Source of the DNA: Nostoc sp. JL33
GTDB taxonomy: Bacteria > Cyanobacteriota > Cyanobacteriia > Cyanobacteriales > Nostocaceae
Direction of reading: 5' to 3'
Length of the DNA: 64,000 bases
Assembly (NCBI RefSeq): GCF_017114985.1
Contig: NZ_JABXKP010000038.1
Coordinates: 12,357 to 76,356, forward strand
Numbering within the stretch: the first letter of the stretch is position 1; each line of letters opens with the position of its first letter. The notes beneath the pieces are model-generated. The model had not been told where the DNA came from and made no database searches. It saw nothing but the letters and a program-made list of their open reading frames with translations. This document shows positions 1 to 8,730 of the stretch, piece after piece. Position numbers and translations under genes: made by a program.

Positions 1-292
1 TATGACTGAGGTAATCTCTTATGTTGCAACATCTGTCTAATCAAGTTAGAAATAGATCAACAAAAGGATAACACTTGTTATTGAATTGGGCATGGGGCAT
101 TGAGCATTGGCCAAACAGGGCATTGGGAAAAAGGAGGCAGAAGTTCTTTAATGCAAGAATTTTGAATGCGTGAATGCGTGAATTAATTTCTTCCTCATCT
201 CCCCACTCCCCACTAGATATATGAAAGCGTCAAAATAGAAGACACAGGCTTTGTACAAAAAGCCTTGCCTTGATTAACGGAGTTTATTATCA

Positions 293-3280
293 GTGGTATT
301 ACAAGTAGAAACAAGCACTTACGAAGCTAAAACCCAAGAAATTGCTAAACAACTTCTAGCAGCAACGCAGGAAAATCGTTCGTTTTTTTCTTCCCTGCGG
401 GATCAAATGCGCTGGGATGATAAATTACTAGCTTGGGCGATGAGTAATCCTGGGTTGCGGGTGCAACTATTTCGCTTTATAGATACGCTACCTGCTTTGC
501 ACAGTAAATCAGAAATTGCCTCCCATTTGCAAGAATATTTAGGTGATGAATCTGTAGAATTACCGGCAGCTTTGAAGGGAATGCTCAATTTTGCTAACCC
601 CGACTCTATGCCAGGACAAGTTGCTGCTACAACTGTTGGTACAGCAGTTGAGACTCTTGCCCATAAATATATTTCTGGGGAAAATATTAAACAAGTCATC
701 AAAACAGTTGAACGGCTGCGGAAAGAAAAAATGGCTTTCACCATCGACTTACTTGGTGAAGCCGTGATTACCGAAGCCGAAGCGCAGTCTTATCTAGAAC
801 GCTATCTAGAATTAATCCAACAATTGGTGGAAGCCTCGAAAAATTGGACACCTATCCCAGCTATTGATCAGGCTGATGGCGAACTCATACCAAAAGTTCA
901 GGTTTCTGTGAAGTTAACGGCGTTTTATTCCCAATTTGATCCTCTAGATGCTAAAGGTAGTGAGGAGCGAGTTAGCGATCGCATTCGTATTCTCTTACGT
1001 CGTGCTAAAGAGTTAGGCGCAGCTGTCCATTTTGATATGGAACAGTATGCCTATAAAGACATAACTCTCAGCATCCTGAAAAAACTGTTACTAGAAGAAG
1101 AATTTCGCCAACGCACAGATATTGGTATTACGATTCAAGCATATCTGCGTGATAGTGAGCAAGATACCAAAGACGTAATTTCTTGGTTGAAAGAACGCGG
1201 TTATCCTCTGACAATTCGCTTGGTGAAAGGCGCATATTGGGATCAGGAAACTATCAAAGCAGCACAGAAGCATTGGCTACAGCCAGTTTATAACGAGAAA
1301 GCCGCAACTGATGCTAACTTTGAAACCATCACTCAGTTATTGCTAGAAAATCATCAATATGTGTATTCTGCCATTGGTAGCCATAATGTGCGATCGCACT
1401 CTCGCGCCATTGCGATCGCTGAAAGTTTAAATGTCCCCCGTCGTCGCTTTGAATTGCAAGTCCTATACGGTATGGGTGATAAAGTTGCAAAAGCATTAGT
1501 TGACAAGGGTTATCGCGTCAGAGTTTACTGTCCTTACGGTGAATTATTGCCTGGAATGGCGTATTTAATTCGGCGGTTGCTGGAAAATACAGCTAATAGT
1601 TCTTTTTTACGGCAAAATCTCGAAAATCGACCAATTGAAGAATTATTAGCGCCGCCGATTGTCAAAGAAGAAAAAAACGTACAGACGCGATTAATCGCGT
1701 CTCCTCACTCTCATTTCTCTGGTGCTGCTGATACCGATTACGCCGAGGAAGAGGTGAGAACGAAAACGGCGCAAGCTTTCCAAAGCGTTCGTCAGCAGTT
1801 GGGTAAAACTTATTTACCCCTAATTAATGGCGAATATGTTAATCCGCCGGAATTTGTTGATTCTCTGAATCCTTCTAATTTCAGTGAGGTAGTTGGTAAA
1901 GTTGGGTTGATTAGCGTTGAACAAGCAGAACAGGCGATGCAAGCTGCGAAAGCGGCGTTTCCTGGTTGGAAGAAAACACCAGCTAAACAACGCGCTGAGA
2001 TTTTGCGGAAAGCGGGTGATTTGATGGAACTCCGCCGCGCTGAACTTTCAGCTTGGATGGTTTTGGAAGTTGGGAAACCAGTTAAGGAAGCTGATGGAGA
2101 AGTTTCCGAAGCGATAGACTTCTGTCGGTACTACGCTGACGAGATGGAACGGTTAGATAAAGGCGTTAATTACGACATTCCTGGCGAAAATAATCGTTAT
2201 ATTTACCAGCCACGCGGTATTGTTGTGGTGATTTCTCCCTGGAATTTCCCGCTAGCGATCGCTTGTGGGATGACTGTTGCAGCTTTGGTTTCAGGCAATT
2301 GTACTCTCCTCAAACCTGCGGAAACATCTTCTGTAATTGCAGCTAAACTCACAGAAATCTTGGTAGATGCTGGTTTTCCTAAAGGTGTATTTCAATACGT
2401 ACCTGGCAAGGGTTCGCAAGTCGGCGCTTATTTGGTAAATCATTCAGATACTCATGTAATTGCTTTTACGGGTTCTCAGGAAGTCGGCTGTCGAATTTAC
2501 GCAGAGTCGGCAATTTTGAAACCTGGACAAAAGCACATGAAGCGGGTGATTGCTGAAATGGGTGGCAAAAATGCGATTATTGTCGATGAAAGTGCTGATT
2601 TAGACCAAGCTGTTGTGGGGATAGTGCAGTCGGCATTTGGTTACAGTGGACAAAAATGTTCTGCCGCCTCCAGGGTGATTGTGCTGCAACCAATTTATGA
2701 TGCCTTTGTGCAACGATTGGTAGAAGCGACAAAATCCTTGAACATTGGGGAAGCAGAGTTACCGAGTACACAAGTTGGGCCGGTAATTGATGCTAATGCC
2801 CGCGATCGCATCCGCGAGTATATTCAGAAGGGTAAGGCAGAAGCAGAAGTAGCTTTGGAATTACCAGCACCCGAACAAGGATATTTTATCGGGCCAGTCA
2901 TCTTTAGTGAAGTATCGCCAAATGCGGTAATTTCCCAGGAAGAAATTTTTGGCCCTGTGCTGGCGGTAATTCGAGTCAAAGATTTCCAGGAAGCGTTAGC
3001 AGTCGCCAACGGTACAAACTACGCTTTGACTGGCGGACTTTATTCTAGAACACCTTCGCACATTCAGCAGGCGCAAACAGATTTTGAAGTCGGGAATTTG
3101 TACATCAACCGCAATATTACAGGAGCGATCGTTGGGCGGCAACCCTTTGGTGGATTCAAACTTTCTGGAGTCGGTTCTAAAGCCGGTGGCCCTGATTATC
3201 TCTTGCAATTTTTGGAACCCCGCGCAGTGACAGAAAATATTCAGCGCCAAGGTTTTGCACCAATTGAAGGCGCAGAGTGA
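293..3280 (+). CDS. putA: Bifunctional proline dehydrogenase / P5C dehydrogenase
   Basis: PRODH motifs (VSVKLTA, FDMEQY, IRLVKGAYWD) fused to an ALDH domain (ISPWNFP, EMGGKNA, GQKCSA, EEIFGPV, QPFGG). Confidence 0.97.
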   Translation: MVLQVETSTYEAKTQEIAKQLLAATQENRSFFSSLRDQMRWDDKLLAWAMSNPGLRVQLFRFIDTLPALHSKSEIASHLQEYLGDESVELPAALKGMLNFANPDSMPGQVAATTVGTAVETLAHKYISGENIKQVIKTVERLRKEKMAFTIDLLGEAVITEAEAQSYLERYLELIQQLVEASKNWTPIPAIDQADGELIPKVQVSVKLTAFYSQFDPLDAKGSEERVSDRIRILLRRAKELGAAVHFDMEQYAYKDITLSILKKLLLEEEFRQRTDIGITIQAYLRDSEQDTKDVISWLKERGYPLTIRLVKGAYWDQETIKAAQKHWLQPVYNEKAATDANFETITQLLLENHQYVYSAIGSHNVRSHSRAIAIAESLNVPRRRFELQVLYGMGDKVAKALVDKGYRVRVYCPYGELLPGMAYLIRRLLENTANSSFLRQNLENRPIEELLAPPIVKEEKNVQTRLIASPHSHFSGAADTDYAEEEVRTKTAQAFQSVRQQLGKTYLPLINGEYVNPPEFVDSLNPSNFSEVVGKVGLISVEQAEQAMQAAKAAFPGWKKTPAKQRAEILRKAGDLMELRRAELSAWMVLEVGKPVKEADGEVSEAIDFCRYYADEMERLDKGVNYDIPGENNRYIYQPRGIVVVISPWNFPLAIACGMTVAALVSGNCTLLKPAETSSVIAAKLTEILVDAGFPKGVFQYVPGKGSQVGAYLVNHSDTHVIAFTGSQEVGCRIYAESAILKPGQKHMKRVIAEMGGKNAIIVDESADLDQAVVGIVQSAFGYSGQKCSAASRVIVLQPIYDAFVQRLVEATKSLNIGEAELPSTQVGPVIDANARDRIREYIQKGKAEAEVALELPAPEQGYFIGPVIFSEVSPNAVISQEEIFGPVLAVIRVKDFQEALAVANGTNYALTGGLYSRTPSHIQQAQTDFEVGNLYINRNITGAIVGRQPFGGFKLSGVGSKAGGPDYLLQFLEPRAVTENIQRQGFAPIEGAE

Positions 3281-3281
3281 A

Positions 3282-3317
3282 CTACAATAGGTAGGGCATA
3301 TGCCCTACCTATTGTAG
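3282..3317. terminator. Perfect 36-bp palindrome just after the putA stop
   Basis: CTACAATAGGTAGGGCAT|ATGCCCTACCTATTGTAG, 18+18 bp with no loop; the core is REP-like GTAGGGC. Confidence 0.6.
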
Positions 3318-3442
3318 CGGTTTTCGGTTGAGTAGGTACTGAACCCCACCCCCAACCCCCTACTCGCTTGCGAGGAGGGGGCTAAGATGTACCTCATGTG
3401 ATTAGGAAACGCTATATATGTAGAAAGCCTAGAGAGAATTTA

Positions 3443-3880
3443 ATGAGTAATTTAGTTATAAAAGTTGCTGAATTACCTGAAGAATTTCCGGCAATTCAAG
3501 CAATTAGGATCGCAGTATTTCAGGAAGAACAAGGGGTAGATGCCGCTTTAGAATTTGATGGTAAAGATGCAATATCTGAACATTTAATTGCTTATTTAAA
3601 TAAGGAAGTTGTGGGTACCGCCAGAATTAGATATTTAGATGATAAAACTGCCAAAATAGAACGGCTTGCTGTTTTGTCTACAGTTAGAGGACAGGGCATT
3701 GGTAAGAAAATTATGGAAAATGCCCTAGAAGTGATAGCTAACAAAAATATTCCAGAAGTAGTAATTCATGCTCAAGAATATGTGAAAGATTTATACAAAA
3801 AATTGGATTTTGTAGAAGAAGGAGAAATATTTCAAGAAGCCAGTATTCCCCATGTAAAAATGATAAAAAAATTATCGTAG
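3443..3880 (+). CDS. GNAT (ElaA-like) acetyltransferase
   Basis: IRIAVFQEEQGV, KIERLAV..VRGQGIG, HAQ motifs; ATG at 3443 preferred over GTG at 3398. Confidence 0.88.
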   Translation: MSNLVIKVAELPEEFPAIQAIRIAVFQEEQGVDAALEFDGKDAISEHLIAYLNKEVVGTARIRYLDDKTAKIERLAVLSTVRGQGIGKKIMENALEVIANKNIPEVVIHAQEYVKDLYKKLDFVEEGEIFQEASIPHVKMIKKLS

Positions 3881-3947
3881 TCAAAGAAAAAATACATAGC
3901 ATATTTTTTCACTAATTGCTCATAAAAAAATGCATTTTTATAAGCAA

Positions 3948-5582
3948 TTAACTCAAATATCGGATCAATAATGACTCTAGCTGGACTATCTGAATTGGCT
4001 TAACAAGGTAGTCATTGGCACTACCTGGCAGCATGGTAATTTCCTCTTCTAAAGGTTCGCTAGAGGTGATCATTACAATTGGCAACCCTTCCCAAGAAGG
4101 CTCTTGTCTAAGAATATTCAGCAAATTCAAGATGCTAACATCGCGGATTAACTCGAAATCAAAAAAAACTAAATCCGGTTGGAGGTTTTGCACCTATTTC
4201 AAAAAGTCATTTCCATTTTCTATCCGCTTGGCTTGGTAGCCAATTGTGTGCAGATAATCTTGCAACACTGTAGCAGTATTTTCCTCTTCTTCCACAACCA
4301 AAATGGTTTTATTTATGGGGATGACTGGGGAAGAGGAGAACAAGGCAAAATCTGCTCCCTCATCTCCCTCATCTCCCGGATGCACTGGATTTGGTAGAAA
4401 CAGAGTGAACTGACTACCTTTTCCCAAAGTCGATGTCATGGTAACATCTCCACCATGTAAACGCGCTAATTTGCGTGTTAAAGCTAAACCCAAACCAGCG
4501 CCTTCATACTGCCGATTTAACCGACTGTCAAGCTGTTTAAACGGTTGAAATAGGAATTGAAACTGATTTGAGTCTATACCAATTCCAGTATCTGAAACTG
4601 TAAACGTTATCCCTTGCGGTACTTTTTTGACTGTCAGCGATATCTGACCGGCTGGGGTGAATTTAATCGCATTGGTGAGCAAATTGAGTAGCATTTGCTT
4701 GATGCGCCGTTCATCACCAATACAAATATCCGCTTCTAGGTCAATTTCAGATGTGAGTTGCAATCCCTTTTCTAAGGCGCGATCGCGCACTGTCCATATG
4801 GCATAATTACATAAATCTAACACTGGCAAAGGTGAGAGTAACAGTTCCTCTTTGCCTGCTTCTACCTTAGATAAATCAAGGATATCGTTAATCAGTGCCA
4901 GCAGATGTTCACCACTACTATATATAGAATTTACATATTCGTTCTGCTTTTCATTGAGAGAGCCAATTCTTTCTTGTTGCAACAACTGTGACAAACCCAT
5001 AATCGCATTCAGAGGTGTCCGCAACTCATGGCTCATGGTTGCTAAAAATTCCCTTTTTGCCCGATTGCCAGCTTCTGCTGCTTCTTGACAGGCCCGCAGT
5101 TTCAACTCTGTTTGCTTTTGTTCAGTAATGTCTTCAATCATCGCTAGAAAAAACTCAGGTTCACCATTACTGCCTGGTATAACAGAAATAGAGATATGAG
5201 TCCAAACTAAGCTACCATTTTGATGTAGGCAGCGTCTTTCTATCTCAAGGCGATGTCTGGCAATAAGTTGTTCTTGATGTTCAAAGGGTTGGCAGCCGAC
5301 TCTCGAAGTTTTCTTTAAGTCTGTGCGAATTTCTGACATCAGTTGTTTGTAAAGTTTTAAATCCCCCCTTTCTGTGGGAATGTAATCTGTAAAGGGCTTG
5401 CCGTATAGTTCTTCTCTGCTGTATCCAAAAATCTCGCACAGTGCCAGATTAGTATCGACTATCTGCGCTTTCATATCTATAAGCCCAATGCCGATAGGGG
5501 AACGCTCAAAAATCGCCCGGAATTGTAAAGCCTCTTGGGCTTGCTTGTACTCTGTAATACCTCTAGCCAACATCACCTGCAT
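3948..5582 (-). pseudogene. PAS-HisKA-HATPase-REC hybrid histidine kinase with an in-frame TAG (4194-4196) inside the receiver domain
   Basis: H-box MSHELRTPL, N/G boxes (LLTNAIKF, DTGIG, GAGLGL). ORFs 4194-5582 and 3948-4193 are contiguous in one frame: NDFLK*VQNLQPDLVFFD...YLVKP. Confidence 0.8.
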
Positions 5583-5817
5583 TAGTTGCCTTCAAGAATA
5601 AATAATTTTGCCTTGCAGTTCTAAGTAAAAAGTAGAACCGTCTTTGTATAACTACAATTACGTTAGAAGTGTTTCCCTACCCGGAAGGTATAATCTTTTA
5701 ATTAAATTCTTCTTACTACTGACTAGCGAAACATCCTTGATTCCCCTAGAGAAAGATGTCTAAAGGCTTAAATTTTGCGAAAATCAGGGTAACGGCAGCT
5801 GTTGTGGAGGTAGAACG

Positions 5818-6744
5818 ATGACGGATAGTAGTGTGAGAATTGTTTCTTTAATTCCCGGTGGAACAGAGATTTTAGCAACACTAGGGTTAGTTGATGCTAT
5901 TGTGGGGCGATCGCACGAATGCGATTATCCTCCAGAAATCCAAAATCGCCCCATTTGTACCCAAGCACGTTTAAACTCCAATGCCTCCAGTAGCGAAATT
6001 AACGATCAGGTGAACAATTTATTGCAATCTGCTCTCAGTATTTATGAAATCAAAACAGATGTTTTAGAGCAGTTGCAGCCTACCCACATTCTCACTCAAG
6101 ACCAATGCGATGTTTGTGCTGTCAGCTTAGACGAAGTTGAAAAGGCAGTTGCCACACTCATTGATAGTAAACCCCAAATTATTTCTTTACAACCCAATAG
6201 TCTCAAGGATGTTTGGGCTGACATTCAGCGAGTCGGCAACACCTTTGGCGTAGACTCGGTAAAAATCTTAGAAAACTTAGAAGCTCGCGTCAAAATTTGT
6301 CAGCAAAGAATCCAAGGACTTTCTTTAAATGAAGTGCCTACTGTCGCCTGTATCGAGTGGACTGATCCTTTGATGGTTGCTGCCAATTGGATTCCGGAAT
6401 TAGTTAACTTAGCAGGAGGACACTCTCTATTTTGTACTACAGGTCAGCCTTCTCCTATCTTGCCGTGGGAAACACTATTAACAACTAATCCAGATGTAAT
6501 TGTTTTTATGCCTTGTGGCTTTGATTTAAATCGCACTCGCCAAGAAGCCAATTTGTTAACTGAACGTTCAGAGTGGGAAAAACTGCACGCTACGCAAGCT
6601 GGGAGGGTCTACATCACTGATGGCAATTCTTACTTCAATCGTCCAGGGCCGCGACTGGTAGATTCTCTAGAAATTTTAGCAGAAATTTTGCATCCAGAAA
6701 TTTTTCAATACGGCTACAAAGGAACCGATTGGCAACCTTTATAA
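5818..6744 (+). CDS. BtuF/cobalamin-binding-like ABC substrate-binding protein
   Basis: RIVSLIPGGTEIL..LG, GRSHECDYP, FNRPGPRL motifs; no permease gene nearby. Confidence 0.8.
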   Translation: MTDSSVRIVSLIPGGTEILATLGLVDAIVGRSHECDYPPEIQNRPICTQARLNSNASSSEINDQVNNLLQSALSIYEIKTDVLEQLQPTHILTQDQCDVCAVSLDEVEKAVATLIDSKPQIISLQPNSLKDVWADIQRVGNTFGVDSVKILENLEARVKICQQRIQGLSLNEVPTVACIEWTDPLMVAANWIPELVNLAGGHSLFCTTGQPSPILPWETLLTTNPDVIVFMPCGFDLNRTRQEANLLTERSEWEKLHATQAGRVYITDGNSYFNRPGPRLVDSLEILAEILHPEIFQYGYKGTDWQPL

Positions 6745-6872
6745 GAAGAATTCAGAACTCAGGAGTTAGAATTCAGCAGGAATTCAAGTCCGACTGATTA
6801 AAACCTTGGCGAGTTCCAATCCCCTACGAAGAGTAATTCTGATTCCTGGATTCTGAATTCTGAATTCTTCTT
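6743..6872. repeat. MITE-like element with 15-bp terminal inverted repeats between convergent genes
   Basis: AAGAAGAATTCAGAA (6743-6757) and TTCTGAATTCTTCTT (6858-6872); related sequence near 15840 and 54420. Confidence 0.6.
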
Positions 6873-7174
6873 TAAGGTGTTTCTTCAGAATCTGCCGATG
6901 GTTTATTGTTAAATAACAGCAGACGTGCGGCGAGGATGGCAAATCCCACAGCAGCGATCGCTTTTAACAAGCGTGTAGGTAATAATTCTGCTACTGCACC
7001 CCCTGCTAATGATCCCAACAGGCTTGTCAACAACAATGCGCCTGCTGCGCCAAAAAATACTGCACGCCCAGAATTACAACGCCCTGAAAGTGCGATCGCT
7101 GCTAGCTGACTTTTGTCACCCAATTCTGATAAAAAAACTGTAATAAAGCTCAGTCCTAAAAGATGCCAATCCAT
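6872..7174 (-). CDS. Half-size UPF0016/GDT1/TMEM165 transporter (Hmx2-like Mn transporter subunit)
   Basis: Single ELGDKSQL motif and about three hydrophobic helices. Confidence 0.88.
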   Translation of the reverse strand: MDWHLLGLSFITVFLSELGDKSQLAAIALSGRCNSGRAVFFGAAGALLLTSLLGSLAGGAVAELLPTRLLKAIAAVGFAILAARLLLFNNKPSADSEETP

Positions 7175-7274
7175 ATGATTAACGGGGATGAGGGGGATGA
7201 GGGGGATGAGGGAGAATAACTTCTAACTCCTGTACAGACAAAGATTTTTCGCGTCTCTGCTCCTAACTCCTAAC

Positions 7275-7706
7275 TTAACCTTGAAATATATCCCAAAACA
7301 GCATTAGGGAAATCACCAACAACATCACGCCTGCCGATTTTTCTACAGTTTTTGGGCTGAGTCGGGTTCCTATCCAACTACCTAAAAGCACACCTAATAA
7401 GCTGGTGGTTATCAGCGCAGTCGCAGATCCGATAAATACCACCCACGGCGAATGAGATTGTGCACTCATTAACAGCGTGGATAGCTGAGTCTTATCTCCA
7501 ATTTCTGCTAGAAAAATGGTTACAAAAGTTGTACCAAAAACTACTAGCACTGATTCCTGCTTTTGAGGACTATCGGCAACTACACGCTCAACTGGCTCAA
7601 CAGCGATCGCAGGAGTTAAGCTCAAATCAGTGCTGTCTTTCAGTTCTAGCTCAATCTCAGTCTGAGATATGCCAGAAATGTCCAAAGGAGCAGAGTCAAG
7701 TTTCAC
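7275..7706 (-). CDS. Half-size UPF0016/GDT1/TMEM165 transporter (Hmx1-like)
   Basis: Single EIGDKTQL motif, three hydrophobic helices, acidic N-terminal extension. Confidence 0.88.
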   Translation of the reverse strand: MKLDSAPLDISGISQTEIELELKDSTDLSLTPAIAVEPVERVVADSPQKQESVLVVFGTTFVTIFLAEIGDKTQLSTLLMSAQSHSPWVVFIGSATALITTSLLGVLLGSWIGTRLSPKTVEKSAGVMLLVISLMLFWDIFQG

Positions 7707-7806
7707 AGGTAATAGTTTTGTTGCTAGATTCTTTCATATTTCTATCATATTCTCAGATTGCTATAATAAATTGCAACTTTACAGAATAAAACGAGTAGTG
7801 GGAGTG

Positions 7807-8157
7807 TCACAGCCCTACAGCTTTATTGAAGCGTAGTATTTCCAGACTGCGATCGCCATATACTCCCTCTATTTGCTGGTGACAGCAGTCAATAGCAAAA
7901 TCGTTGACTTCTTCTGGTTCAACCCCATACATATCTTGAAACACTTCTGATTCCACACGGCAGAAGCGAGGACGAGTTGAGTAGATGCGACATTCTCGTG
8001 TGGTATGGTCGAAATTAATGCACCATCCTCCTTCGCCTACCATGCTGAGGTAGAGTTCTAGTTCTGGTGGTGAGAGATATTCTTCTAAGTCTGGACGCTC
8101 TGCTGGATCAAGATTACAGCAGGCTCCACATTGCTTTACACATTGCCAAGTTGACAT
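7807..8157 (-). CDS. YkgJ-family cysteine-cluster protein
   Basis: CxxxCGACC, WC, CxIYxxRPxxCR motifs. Confidence 0.88.
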   Translation of the reverse strand: MSTWQCVKQCGACCNLDPAERPDLEEYLSPPELELYLSMVGEGGWCINFDHTTRECRIYSTRPRFCRVESEVFQDMYGVEPEEVNDFAIDCCHQQIEGVYGDRSLEILRFNKAVGL

Positions 8158-8160
8158 TTT

Positions 8161-8230
8161 GGATTAGGGAGTGGGGAGTAGGGAGTGGGGATTAGGGAGT
8201 GGGGAGTAGGGAGTGGGGGAGCAGGGGAGA
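8161..8230. repeat. Short tandem heptamer repeats (GGGAGTG/GGGAGTA/GGGATTA)
   Basis: Directly visible array; similar arrays at 85-130, 8640-8750, 25148-25172, 56870-56910. Confidence 0.85.
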
Positions 8231-8397
8231 ATAATATAATGTAATGCCCAATTCCCCTATTTTACGTTTTTATATCTTTTCTTATAATTTTGTTAAGTAA
8301 ATTAAATCTAACAGTCCATAGCCAGATATGATCGATTGCAGGTTTTGTAATTAACGTTATTAAATTTTTTAAGACAATTGGAAGGAGAAAAGGAAAA

Positions 8398-8532
8398 ATG
8401 TTTGACGCTTTGTTTAACGCTTTTACCAGTATCAATTGGGAAGTTATTTTCCAATTGCTGTCAGTGGCGCTAATTGTGATTGCTGGCCCAGTGGTAATTT
8501 TTGTGCTGGCATTTCGCAACGGCAACCTATAA
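8398..8532 (+). CDS. psb30: Photosystem II protein Psb30/Ycf12 (44 aa; not in the ORF track)
   Basis: Manual translation MFDALFNAFTSINWEVIFQLLSVALIVIAGPVVIFVLAFRNGNL*; AGGA-type RBS upstream. Confidence 0.95.
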   Translation: MFDALFNAFTSINWEVIFQLLSVALIVIAGPVVIFVLAFRNGNL

Positions 8533-8730
8533 GAGTGGTGAGTGCTGATTGAGAGTTAGGAGGAGCCACTGCGTTGCGGAGGTTCCCCCCGTTGTAGCAA
8601 GTGGCGTTGAGGAGTTAGGAGTGAAGAATTAAATTTTATTCTCAACTCATAACTCATAACTTATAAATCAGCACTCGCAGTGTCAGAGTCACAAGTGAGA
8701 AGTTAATTAAAAACTCATAACTCATAACTC

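Noticed and set aside
5600-5817. Cobalamin riboswitch before the BtuF-like gene
   Set aside because: No recognisable B12-box or conserved core.
8262-8525. 87-aa minus-strand ORF
   Set aside because: Antisense to psb30.
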